From a phage: a stretch of DNA of 64,000 bases. The notes under the pieces were generated by a model. That model saw nothing but the letters and a program-made list of their open reading frames with translations, had not been told where the DNA came from and did no database searches. Position numbers and translations under genes: made by a program. Shown here piece after piece: positions 45,916 to 53,312 of the stretch. The stretch's first letter is position 1, and each line of letters begins with the position of its first letter. The stretch is taken from sequence record PZ445429.1. One strand, 5' to 3'.

Positions 45916-46173
45916 CAAAATCTTTGTAGGTCGCGTCACTTATAGTGGGACTACAGGGTAAACAAGGCGATGAGTTTCCGGCCGGTTCTAGTCGCTGAAA
46001 ATCCTCCCGACCAGGTAGGTGTAGGTAAACGAAAGTTTACTTATTGAGTAGGTTCCGATAGATCGGCGGGTCTATTCTGGCGTTTAAGAGAAGTCTCGCA
46101 AACTTCTTTGTCAGCCGTGGGGCTTGAACCCTCCAGGTGGCCTACGCAATAAGTAAATTTATTAAAAATTCAT
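45916..46173 (+). ncRNA. ORF-free structured region (candidate small RNA)
   Basis: ~255 nt, GC-richer than surroundings, hairpins such as GTAAAC-GAAA-GTTTAC; no ORF of 60 aa or more. Confidence 0.25.
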
Positions 46174-46202
46174 TTGCTATTTTGCTTAATTCTCTGTATA
46201 AT
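46174..46202 (+). promoter_or_regulatory. N25-type early promoter
   Basis: AAAAATTCATTTGCTAT...TATAAT. Confidence 0.7.
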
Positions 46203-46234
46203 ATATCTTATAAAGTGTTGAGAAGGAAAGCAAA

Positions 46235-46432
46235 ATGAAAAAAGTTATGTTACTATCTGTATTCTTACTCACTGGTTGCTTTAAATTTGATTCAACCATT
46301 AACAAGGAGTATGAATTTGCAAAAAATTTCTGTGGTGGAGAGAGTAAAATACAAAACTTCAGTATACACTCTACAATTCCTAGTACCATTTACTGCATAG
46401 ATGGACGGAATATTAATATTCCACCACAATAA
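46235..46432 (+). CDS. small lipoprotein
   Basis: 65 aa; lipobox LLTGC. Confidence 0.55.
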   Translation: MKKVMLLSVFLLTGCFKFDSTINKEYEFAKNFCGGESKIQNFSIHSTIPSTIYCIDGRNINIPPQ

Positions 46433-46441
46433 AAGAATATT

Positions 46442-46518
46442 CTCCGATTAGCTCAATTGGCTAGAGTACACCGTTTGGGGCGGTGGGGTTGAAGGTTCGA
46501 GTCCTTCATTGGAGACCA
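46442..46518 (+). tRNA. tRNA-Pro (TGG)
   Basis: Acceptor CTCCGAT/ATTGGAG, anticodon arm CACCG-TTTGGGG-CGGTG, T-arm GAAGG-TTCGAGT-CCTTC, CCA. Confidence 0.8.
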
Positions 46519-46524
46519 AACAAT

Positions 46525-46602
46525 TGCGGGTTAGATCTTTGGTAGAGATCGCTAGTCTCATAAGCTAGAAAGAGGTAGGTTCGATTCCTACACCCGCTTC
46601 CA
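46525..46602 (+). tRNA. tRNA with CAT anticodon (Met or Ile2), U1-U72 mismatch
   Basis: Acceptor TGCGGGT/ACCCGCT, D-stem GATC/GATC, anticodon arm CTAGT-CTCATAA-GCTAG, CCA. Confidence 0.65.
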
Positions 46603-46623
46603 ATTTAATAGAAGGATTTCGAA

Positions 46624-46788
46624 ATGAAATTATTTCGTTTAAAAGTAAGTGATCTACGTTCTAGCAAAGATCGTAAGAAGTATCCACTAGCCCATTACGG
46701 TAAAGATGAAAACGAAGTGATGGCGGAATTTGGTATTAATCATCCTTACTTAAAAGTCTACTCTATTAAAGAAGTCTATGCTAATTAA
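46624..46788 (+). CDS. small hypothetical protein (54 aa)
   Basis: Below track cutoff; RBS AAGGA; overlaps next gene start. Confidence 0.35.
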   Translation: MKLFRLKVSDLRSSKDRKKYPLAHYGKDENEVMAEFGINHPYLKVYSIKEVYAN

Positions 46789-47251
46789 TAAAGTTTTAGC
46801 TGCCTTAAACCTTCCTGATAACTTCATTATAGATGATAAGCTCATAAGAGCTTATATGAGCAAATATAACGAAATTTCGGGTAAAGAAGGTAAGTTAAAA
46901 ACTTCAGAGTTTAGATTCTGTTATCGAATGGCAGCCTTAAATCTCTTAAAGTATAAAAGGGAGCATAAAATACCTATAACGGAAGGTTTTGTATATGTAA
47001 TTGGTAATCCAGCATGGCCAGGCATGTATAAAATAGGTATGACTATAGATGTGAATGAGAGGTTAGCAAGTTATCAAACTTATTCACCTAATAGAGACTA
47101 CAAGCTATACCATTTCAGATTTTCGTCGGATAAAAGACGTACAGAGAAAGAATTACATAATCTTCTTAAAGATTATAGAGTATCTGGAGAATGGTTTGAA
47201 GTACCTGTACTAGATGCTTTTAAATTATTAGTAGAAAAATTGGATTGCTAG
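46778..47251 (+). CDS. T5orf172/GIY-YIG-like domain protein (putative endonuclease)
   Basis: 157 aa; GFVYVIGNPAWPGMYKIGMTIDVNERL; stop overlaps tRNA. Confidence 0.65.
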   Translation: MLINKVLAALNLPDNFIIDDKLIRAYMSKYNEISGKEGKLKTSEFRFCYRMAALNLLKYKREHKIPITEGFVYVIGNPAWPGMYKIGMTIDVNERLASYQTYSPNRDYKLYHFRFSSDKRRTEKELHNLLKDYRVSGEWFEVPVLDAFKLLVEKLDC

Positions 47252-47319
47252 CTCAACTGGATAAGAGTAGCGGACCTTTAATCCGTCAGTTCTGGGTTCG
47301 AATCCCAGGCAATCCACCA
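47242..47319 (+). tRNA. tRNA-Lys (TTT)
   Basis: Acceptor GGATTGC/GCAATCC, loop CCTTTAA, T-arm CTGGG-TTCGAAT-CCCAG, CCA; 5' end overlaps upstream stop codon. Confidence 0.7.
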
Positions 47320-47323
47320 AATT

Positions 47324-47397
47324 GCTCGGTTAGTTTAATGGGAGAACCCCGTCTTTACACGGCGGTTGCGATAGTTCGATTCTATCACCGAGTACCA
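47324..47397 (+). tRNA. tRNA-Val (TAC)
   Basis: Acceptor GCTCGGT/ACCGAGT, anticodon arm CCGTC-TTTACAC-GGCGG, CCA. Confidence 0.8.
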
Positions 47398-47422
47398 ATT
47401 AACTCAAAATAAGGAATTGCAA

Positions 47423-47776
47423 ATGCAATTATCAAGCAAGGTTCAAGGCTATTTCGGGCATGTAACAATGGAGTTCGCTATCTCTAAAGGTTGGGACTTC
47501 GAACAAGATCTAGCTGAGTTCTACAAAGATATTGATCTGAACGTACCATACATGGGACTCTCCACTGGTCAAGAGATCACAGAAGGCGATGTGTTCAAGG
47601 CAAGTCAAGGTGAGGTAACACCTAGTTTTGCCAAGTTCTGGTTAGGTATCACACTGAAAGAAGATGCACCAGAGGATGGTGTGGTTATGCAGAGTATGCA
47701 CTCTGGAAGCTCTGATTACCTTTTCGTTAGTGACGTTAAGGAAATACAAGAAATCGCTAAAAATGTACTTGCTTGA
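47423..47776 (+). CDS. hypothetical protein
   Basis: ATG 47423 six nt after AAGGAA. Confidence 0.5.
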   Translation: MQLSSKVQGYFGHVTMEFAISKGWDFEQDLAEFYKDIDLNVPYMGLSTGQEITEGDVFKASQGEVTPSFAKFWLGITLKEDAPEDGVVMQSMHSGSSDYLFVSDVKEIQEIAKNVLA

Positions 47777-47797
47777 TGCTTAATTTCTTGTTATAAT
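47769..47797 (+). promoter_or_regulatory. N25-type promoter driving a noncoding leader and tRNA-Ala cluster
   Basis: TTGCTT, 17 bp, TATAAT then TATAAATTGATGAGGAG. Confidence 0.7.
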
Positions 47798-48037
47798 ATT
47801 TATATAAATTGATGAGGAGAAATCCTCATCAAAGTTCACTAAGGTATTAGCTCGACCCAGGACTGGCTGCCAAAAAGCACGATCCCTACGACTCGGGAGA
47901 AGTTCTAGATTAGTCCACTAGATTCAGCGGCAACTGAATAGTGTATCGGGTTTGTGAAGAGCGGTTATCCTCTACTGGCTAATGTCTGAGGGTAATACGC
48001 ACACCGAGCTAATAGCCTTAGTAAACTTAAAGATTTT
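47798..48037 (+). ncRNA. promoter-driven 240-nt leader upstream of tRNA-Ala (candidate small RNA or processed spacer)
   Basis: N25-type promoter at 47769-47797, then hairpin TGATGAGGA-GAAAT-CCTCATCA and 220 nt without an ORF. Confidence 0.3.
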
Positions 48038-48111
48038 GGGGATATAGTTTAATGGTAGAACATCTGCTTTGCACGCAGAAGACGAGGGTTCAACTCCCTC
48101 TTTCTCCACCA
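48038..48111 (+). tRNA. tRNA-Ala (TGC)
   Basis: Acceptor GGGGATA with G3-U70, anticodon arm TCTGC-TTTGCAC-GCAGA, CCA. Confidence 0.75.
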
Positions 48112-48117
48112 AAATTC

Positions 48118-48193
48118 GGGGTCATAGGTTATTTGGTTAAACTTACTGCCTTGCAAGCAGTGGAACTCAGTTCAATTCTGAGTGACTCCACCA
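48118..48193 (+). tRNA. tRNA-Ala-like (TGC), second copy with different body
   Basis: Acceptor GGGGTCA/TGACTCC with G3-U70, anticodon arm ACTGC-CTTGCAA-GCAGT, CCA. Confidence 0.6.
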
Positions 48194-48200
48194 AACAAAT

Positions 48201-48281
48201 GGGGATGTGGCGAAATTGGCAGACGCGCTAGATTTAGGTTCTAGTCTTCGGGTGTGGGTTCGAGTCCCTCCATCCCTACCA
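48201..48281 (+). tRNA. tRNA-Leu (TAG), type II
   Basis: Acceptor GGGGATG/CATCCCT, D-arm TGGCGAAATTGGCAGACGCG, anticodon arm CTAGA-TTTAGGT-TCTAG, extended variable arm, CCA. Confidence 0.75.
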
Positions 48282-48455
48282 AACATTGGATTAACTCATG
48301 ATGAAAACTCCTATAACTGATATCTGGTTAGCTGTTAATACATTAACTAAAGAGTATGTGTTTATAGAGTATGGTCAGAGGTATGACCAAAAGATGTATA
48401 ATCTCATACTTCCAGTATCCGCTAATGAAGTTTATGATTTAATCCTGAGATCTAC

Positions 48456-48547
48456 GGAAGAGCAAATCGATAGGTGACGAAAACCGCTTGGAAAGTGGCT
48501 GACTTGTTAAAGCAGGCTTGAGAGTTCGAATCTCTCTTCTTCCGCCA
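48456..48547 (+). tRNA. tRNA-Ser (GGA), type II
   Basis: Acceptor GGAAGAG/TTCTTCC, loop TTGGAAA, ~20-nt variable arm, T-arm GAGAG-TTCGAAT-CTCTC, CCA. Confidence 0.6.
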
Positions 48548-48554
48548 AACAACT

Positions 48555-48644
48555 GGAAGGTAGGACATAGTGGTATGTAACAGGTCTTGAAAACCTGCCC
48601 GCTGTAGCGATATGGTGATGGTTCGACTCCATTACCTTCCTCCA
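48555..48644 (+). tRNA. tRNA-Ser (TGA), type II
   Basis: Acceptor GGAAGGT/ACCTTCC, anticodon arm CAGGT-CTTGAAA-ACCTG, long variable arm with CGC/GCG stem, CCA. Confidence 0.75.
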
Positions 48645-48660
48645 ACTAATAAGGAAAAAT

Positions 48661-48996
48661 ATGAGTAGTTATACTAAAATGTATATTGCAGTACTAGATG
48701 AAGCACCCGATTATATGGTACCAACTCTAGTTGCTCACTCTGTTTTAAACGCTCATATTAAGTTTCAGGATGACCCTAGGTATGGGGATTGGCTTGATAA
48801 TTCTTTTAAGAAAGTAATTCTTAGGGTTAATAAAAAAGAATTTAAAAAGATCATATCTACCCTAGAGTGTTACGTAGGTTTTGAGCGCACTATCTGTAAT
48901 GCAGAACCTAGCTGTTTAGTAGTTATGCCTATGAGTTCTGTTGATATGCCAAATGTTTTAAAATTTGCTAGACTTTGGAAACCTAAAGATGTTTAG
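48661..48996 (+). CDS. hypothetical protein
   Basis: 111-aa ORF with RBS AAGGAAAAAT. Confidence 0.5.
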   Translation: MSSYTKMYIAVLDEAPDYMVPTLVAHSVLNAHIKFQDDPRYGDWLDNSFKKVILRVNKKEFKKIISTLECYVGFERTICNAEPSCLVVMPMSSVDMPNVLKFARLWKPKDV

Positions 48997-49384
48997 CAAC
49001 TAGTATTCTTGAAGTATGCCGGAATCGGTAGACGGGGCTTCCTAAAGGGCGTAAGGGGAACATCCACTCCTCATAAGATACCCGAAAACGAGGCTGAGAT
49101 AAATGGTCTATCTCATGAAGGTTCAAGTCCTTCTGCTTCTTGATATTCAATGGCTCAAAGTGTAACGGTGCTATTTGATGTTCTTAGTAAGACTTTCCCG
49201 ACATGCGTTCGGGAGTAAGCTGCTAAGGCTAGAGTAGAAGAGTTTCGGAGAGCCGCCACAATTGAGTATTACTAGAGAGCATTCGCAAGAAAGAATCAGG
49301 AGAAAGACCTGTGCGCAGAATGACTAACTTTGGTACCTTAGACGGCCAAATGGAGGACTGATCATCCCCTAATAGTATTCAATT
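48997..49384 (+). ncRNA. ORF-free tRNA-like region
   Basis: ~390 nt; tRNA D-arm-like GAATCGGTAGACG at 49022-49034 and T-arm GAAGG-TTCAAGT-CCTTC at 49117-49133 but no canonical cloverleaf. Confidence 0.3.
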
Positions 49385-49461
49385 GTGGCTATATCATAAT
49401 TGGTTAATGATCCTGATTGTGAATCAGGCCTATGTGGATTCGAATTCCACTAGCCACCCCA
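49385..49461 (+). tRNA. tRNA-His (GTG)
   Basis: Acceptor GTGGCTA/TAGCCAC, anticodon arm CCTGA-TTGTGAA-TCAGG, C73, CCA. Confidence 0.8.
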
Positions 49462-49467
49462 AATATT

Positions 49468-49542
49468 GCGTCCTTATTTCAACGGAAAGAATGTAAAGCT
49501 ACGAACTTTACGATCGGGGTTCGATTCCCTGAGGATGCACCA
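49468..49542 (+). tRNA. tRNA-Arg (ACG)
   Basis: Acceptor GCGTCCT/AGGATGC, anticodon arm TAAAG-CTACGAA-CTTTA, CCA. Confidence 0.75.
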
Positions 49543-49566
49543 ATTAACTTAAACAGGAAATAAAAT

Positions 49567-49767
49567 ATGGCTGATTTCTGCAAAGAATGCTCTATTGATA
49601 TGTGGGGAAGAGATACTGGTGATCTTTCTGGTCTGATTACAGAAGCCGAAGTTAAAGAAGGCTATGGTGCCGTTGTAATCTGTGAAGGTTGTGGCATTAT
49701 CCGTGTTGATCATAATGGTAAACGTCTAGAAGAGCCTGATCCAATCGCCACGGTTTCTGTAGAATAA
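49567..49767 (+). CDS. small Cys-rich protein
   Basis: 66 aa; CKEC...CEGCG. Confidence 0.45.
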   Translation: MADFCKECSIDMWGRDTGDLSGLITEAEVKEGYGAVVICEGCGIIRVDHNGKRLEEPDPIATVSVE

Positions 49768-49775
49768 AAAATTAT

Positions 49776-49851
49776 TGGAGTGTAGCTCAACTGGCAGAGC
49801 GACGGTTTCTGACACCGTAGGTTTCTAGTTCGATCCTAGACATTCCAGCCA
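49776..49851 (+). tRNA. tRNA-Gln (CTG)
   Basis: Acceptor TGGAGTG/CATTCCA (U1-A72), anticodon arm ACGGT-TTCTGAC-ACCGT, G73, CCA. Confidence 0.75.
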
Positions 49852-49857
49852 AACAAT

Positions 49858-49935
49858 TGGGGATTAGCTTAGCTTGGCCTAAAGCTTCGGCCTTTGAAGT
49901 CGAGATCATTGGTTCAAATCCAATATCCCCTGCCA
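49858..49935 (+). tRNA. tRNA-Gln (TTG)
   Basis: Acceptor TGGGGAT/ATCCCCT (U1-U72), anticodon arm TCGGC-CTTTGAA-GTCGA, G73, CCA. Confidence 0.7.
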
Positions 49936-49943
49936 AACAATAA

Positions 49944-50019
49944 GCGGTTAAGCACACGGGTTGTGCCGCAGGCCTTCCAAGCCCCGCTGAGTAGGGTTCG
50001 ATTCCCTCTAGCCGCTCCA
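49944..50019 (+). tRNA. tRNA-Gly-like (TCC), weak anticodon stem
   Basis: Acceptor GCGGTTA/TAGCCGC, loop CTTCCAA, T-loop TTCGATT, U73, CCA; only 3 bp in anticodon stem. Confidence 0.5.
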
Positions 50020-50036
50020 ACTTTAAGGAAACATTT

Positions 50037-50258
50037 ATGCACGTTTTTGAGTTTCGTGATAAAAGTAACAATAAACGAGTTATTGTTATTGGAGAAACAT
50101 ACCTAGCATACGAACAAACTGACGGCTCTGTTATCTTGAATGATGAGAAAGCAAATTTTAGCTTTTATCCAGAAGAACCTTATGAAGAGTTTCGTACTAA
50201 GTTTCTTTTACCAGACTGGCTAGCAGTAGCCGAGCAACTAGAATCCGAAGATGGCTGA
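50037..50258 (+). CDS. hypothetical protein
   Basis: 73-aa ORF with RBS AAGGAAAC. Confidence 0.45.
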   Translation: MHVFEFRDKSNNKRVIVIGETYLAYEQTDGSVILNDEKANFSFYPEEPYEEFRTKFLLPDWLAVAEQLESEDG

Positions 50259-50415
50259 TAACCTGAAACTAAAGGTTGACAAACAAAAGAAACGTGTAGA
50301 GATTGAGCTTGGTGACGAACGCCTAGCACTATCCTTCGAGTTTCTTCAGCAGTTGGCGATGACAGTAATGTCTGATAAGTCTCCTGTATTTGAAAAAGAA
50401 ATCCCGTTGAAATGA
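50251..50415 (+). CDS. small hypothetical protein (54 aa)
   Basis: Below track cutoff; overlaps previous stop; weak. Confidence 0.3.
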   Translation: MADNLKLKVDKQKKRVEIELGDERLALSFEFLQQLAMTVMSDKSPVFEKEIPLK

Positions 50416-50425
50416 CGGGTTTATT

Positions 50426-50500
50426 GCTCCTAAAGCATTGCTGGCGATGCAGTTGCCTTGTAAGCATCTGAACTGGGTTCGACTCCTGGTGGGAGCACCA
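50426..50500 (+). tRNA. tRNA-Thr (TGT)
   Basis: Acceptor GCTCCTA/TGGGAGC, D-stem GCAT/ATGC, loop CTTGTAA, CCA. Confidence 0.7.
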
Positions 50501-50515
50501 AATTTAAAAATTCAT

Positions 50516-50544
50516 TTGCCTTCTCTCTTATTTCTTGTTATAAT
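50516..50544 (+). promoter_or_regulatory. N25-type early promoter
   Basis: TTGCCT, 17 bp, TATAAT then TATAAATTAATGAGAGGG. Confidence 0.7.
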
Positions 50545-50574
50545 ATTTATATAAATTAATGAGAGGGAAACCAA

Positions 50575-50868
50575 ATGAAACGTTATCTTTCTGTCGTATT
50601 CCAAACGGGTGGTCAACGCTATACTTACGAATTTCCTGAGTCTTGGAAAATTAAAGAAGGTGATCAAGTTGTTGTATTAACACCTCGTGAAGGCTTCAAA
50701 GTAGTAACGGTTAAACAAGTCTTTCCAAAAGATCACGAACCATCTAAGTCTATTCAGTACAAGATGATTCACGGTCTGGTACGAAAAGTACCTAGAACAG
50801 AAGTCGAAGTAGATAAAACTGGGGAAGCTAAATACCAGTATACTTCTTACTTGGATGAAATGATGTAA
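50575..50868 (+). CDS. hypothetical protein
   Basis: 97-aa ORF, promoter plus RBS GAGAGGGAAACC. Confidence 0.5.
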   Translation: MKRYLSVVFQTGGQRYTYEFPESWKIKEGDQVVVLTPREGFKVVTVKQVFPKDHEPSKSIQYKMIHGLVRKVPRTEVEVDKTGEAKYQYTSYLDEMM

Positions 50869-50869
50869 T

Positions 50870-50945
50870 GCTCTGATAGTTCAACAGGTTAGAACAGGCG
50901 ACCGATAATCGTCAAATCTTGGTTCGATCCCAAGTCGGAGTACCA
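50870..50945 (+). tRNA. tRNA-Ile (GAT)
   Basis: Acceptor GCTCTGA/TCGGAGT, anticodon arm GGCGA-CCGATAA-TCGTC, T-arm CTTGG-TTCGATC-CCAAG, CCA. Confidence 0.7.
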
Positions 50946-50951
50946 AATTAT

Positions 50952-51027
50952 AGTTAGTTGGCAGAGTGGTTATGCACCTCCTTCATACGGAGCGACTACA
51001 GTGGTTCAACTCCACTACTAACTACCA
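50952..51027 (+). tRNA. tRNA with CAT anticodon (third copy)
   Basis: Acceptor AGTTAGT/ACTAACT, loop TTCATAC, T-arm AGTGG-TTCAACT-CCACT, CCA. Confidence 0.55.
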
Positions 51028-51210
51028 AAGATAAGATCAGGCCTTTGTGCCAGATCTCTGTGTTTATTAAACTGAATGGGACTATCAATCCACAAGCCGG
51101 ACTACGAGCGATTATCGGGTATTCACTTAATAAACAGCCTGCCTCCCAGTTTTTATCTTGCTTCTGGGTTAACAAAAAGCTGAGCCAAATTCTAACATCA
51201 GGGAGATCTA

Positions 51211-51579
51211 ATGAAAGCATATCAAAGTCTTAAGTCTGGCGTAATTAACCTTGTTCATGATAACCAGATCATTCAGCTATATTCTAAAGATGGTGAACTT
51301 AAACAAAAGGTTCTAGTTGAAGATCTAGAGGATATCACACCTCATTTTGACCCTGAGGCCTTCCGCATTGTAGATGTAGAAGTGGTTCCTCAAGTCGAGG
51401 GTGGTCAGCACCTAAATGTCAATGTGTTAAGCCGTGATCAGCTTTTGGATGCACAGAAACATCCTGAAAAATATCCTCAGTTGACCATCCGTGTCTCTGG
51501 CTATGCTGTTCGATTTAACGCATTGACGCGTGAACAACAGAACGACGTTATTAGTCGTACATTTACTCAGGCGATATAA
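51211..51579 (+). CDS. GrcA/YfiD-like autonomous glycyl-radical cofactor protein
   Basis: 122 aa; C-terminus [12 protein letters not shown]...[37 protein letters not shown] matches the glycyl-radical spare-part domain (RVSGY). Confidence 0.75.
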   Translation: MKAYQSLKSGVINLVHDNQIIQLYSKDGELKQKVLVEDLEDITPHFDPEAFRIVDVEVVPQVEGGQHLNVNVLSRDQLLDAQKHPEKYPQLTIRVSGYAVRFNALTREQQNDVISRTFTQAI

Positions 51580-51660
51580 TGGGGTTTGGATACGATTTCT
51601 CCCAGCTACGCAAGGTAGTCGAGCAAACTCCATTTATCTCCCAAGTTTTAGGAGAAATGT

Positions 51661-51960
51661 GTGGATCGAGCATTAAGACGCCATCACCGGCAACGTGTGA
51701 AAAACAATCGCAAGAAGTATTGGACAGTCTTCCCACACGAAGAAAGTCCTAAGCGGTTAGGCATTATCACTACCACTCCTTGCATCTGTTCTTGTTGGAT
51801 GTGTGGGAATCCTCGCAAATACTATAAGAATAGTAAAGCAGGCATGAAAATCTCGGAGATTAAAAAGATGGATGCAATGATTATGGGCATCACCTTTACA
51901 GGTGGTATCTCTGATGAATTCGACGGTTTTGTAAATCAGGATATTGTCGAAATTATCTAA
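51661..51960 (+). CDS. hypothetical Cys-containing protein
   Basis: GTG start after AGGAGAAATG; terminator downstream. Confidence 0.4.
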   Translation: MDRALRRHHRQRVKNNRKKYWTVFPHEESPKRLGIITTTPCICSCWMCGNPRKYYKNSKAGMKISEIKKMDAMIMGITFTGGISDEFDGFVNQDIVEII

Positions 51961-51971
51961 TTAATAATAAA

Positions 51972-52006
51972 CCCCAGCTATTGAATAAGTAGTCTGGGGT
52001 TTTCTT
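51972..52006 (+). terminator. rho-independent terminator
   Basis: CCCCAG...CTGGGG plus TTTTCTT. Confidence 0.7.
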
Positions 52007-52024
52007 GTATATAGGATTTTCGAA

Positions 52025-52210
52025 ATGAAAATTTTTAAAGTGAACTATAGCGGCCTGTGGTTAGGTGGTACAGCTATTGTTGTTGCGGAAACTGCAGAAG
52101 AAGCAATCGAACTGGCTAGAAATCATAGAAGTTCTATAGAATTCGAGAATGTGACAGTAGAAGAACTCCCTAGCAGTGGGGTAGTATACAACGACAACGG
52201 AGATTACTAA
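52025..52210 (+). CDS. hypothetical small protein
   Basis: 61-aa ORF. Confidence 0.4.
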   Translation: MKIFKVNYSGLWLGGTAIVVAETAEEAIELARNHRSSIEFENVTVEELPSSGVVYNDNGDY

Positions 52211-52268
52211 TGTTATATTTTGAAGTTCGTCCACATTAAGTTAATTTAAAAGACTTAATGGAGGTAAT

Positions 52269-52664
52269 ATGAGCCGTACATATCGTAAACAATCTGGTGA
52301 TCGTCACTGGCGTGATGCACATCGTTCTACTTATAATTTTCATAGCACTAATATCCGTATTCCGTATATCTACACGGATAGGGATGGTAAGCAGTGGAAA
52401 TATTATCAAGTTCGATCCAATGAAGCATGGGCTAAAACTTGGGATGAAATTGAGAAGGAGATTCAGGAAAATATCATTCGTAACGAGAAGAAAGATGGGC
52501 ACTGGTGGGATTCTATTAGTAGAAGTGTTAAGTGGCATTCTAACAAAATGGTTCGTCAGGGAAACCGTCGTGAACTTCACCGTGTGATGAAAGATCCAGA
52601 AAATTACGACTATAATCGTGATCATGACCTGCGTAAGCGTGGGTTATGGTGGGTTTATGACTAA
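52269..52664 (+). CDS. hypothetical basic Trp-rich protein
   Basis: 131-aa ORF with RBS ATGGAGGTAAT. Confidence 0.5.
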   Translation: MSRTYRKQSGDRHWRDAHRSTYNFHSTNIRIPYIYTDRDGKQWKYYQVRSNEAWAKTWDEIEKEIQENIIRNEKKDGHWWDSISRSVKWHSNKMVRQGNRRELHRVMKDPENYDYNRDHDLRKRGLWWVYD

Positions 52665-52681
52665 TTTCATAAATAATTCAT

Positions 52682-52710
52682 TTGCTAAAACCCTCTCCTT
52701 TTGATATAAT
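52682..52710 (+). promoter_or_regulatory. N25-type early promoter
   Basis: TTGCTA, 17 bp, TATAAT then TATAAATTGATGAGAGGG. Confidence 0.7.
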
Positions 52711-52740
52711 ATTTATATAAATTGATGAGAGGGCTTTGAA

Positions 52741-53013
52741 ATGAAAGAAGCAGAAATTAATGAAATGGCTAGAATATTCATCGTTTCCTATATGCAAGGC
52801 AGTTGCAATAGTTTATTCGAGTCTGCTATAGTATTTCAGGAAATGTTAGCCGAGAAAGGCGTACATATGGAAGATACTGAAATTGAAGATCTTCTAATGG
52901 AAACTTGTAGTAGTGCTGAAGTCTTCCAGTGTGGTAACTGTAATTGGTGGTGTCCAGAGCATGATCGTTCTGAAGAAGGTTCCTACTGTTCCGATTGTGA
53001 AGGAGAAGAATAA
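52741..53013 (+). CDS. small zinc-binding-like protein
   Basis: 90 aa; CGNCNWWCPEHD...CSDCEG. Confidence 0.45.
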   Translation: MKEAEINEMARIFIVSYMQGSCNSLFESAIVFQEMLAEKGVHMEDTEIEDLLMETCSSAEVFQCGNCNWWCPEHDRSEEGSYCSDCEGEE

Positions 53014-53312
53014 TGAATAAGTTTATTATTGCTCTAGTAATTTCAGCAGTTAGTTTCGGTTCTCTGGCATCTACCAAAGTTTCTATGAAAAATGGTAATG
53101 TTAAAGTTCAGCAGAATGGCATTACCACCGAATATGGTAAAGTACGTGATGTAAAAGAACGTAATGGCAAAGTAGAAATATATACTAATAAAAACTTCTC
53201 TACTCCGGCTGTTACTATTAGTAAACGTGGTGAAATCACTACTCAACGTACTAATAGTTCTGATTCTTTTACTTGCCGTTATGACTGCGGCTTTGAAGGT
53301 GAAGATGAGTAA
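53013..53312 (+). CDS. secreted small protein
   Basis: 99 aa; signal peptide MNKFIIALVISAVSFGSLAS. Confidence 0.5.
   Translation: MNKFIIALVISAVSFGSLASTKVSMKNGNVKVQQNGITTEYGKVRDVKERNGKVEIYTNKNFSTPAVTISKRGEITTQRTNSSDSFTCRYDCGFEGEDE

Noticed and set aside
50958-51233. 91-aa ORF overlapping the third CAT tRNA
   Set aside because: It starts inside a tRNA gene and has no promoter cassette or RBS; the downstream GrcA-like ORF has its own RBS.
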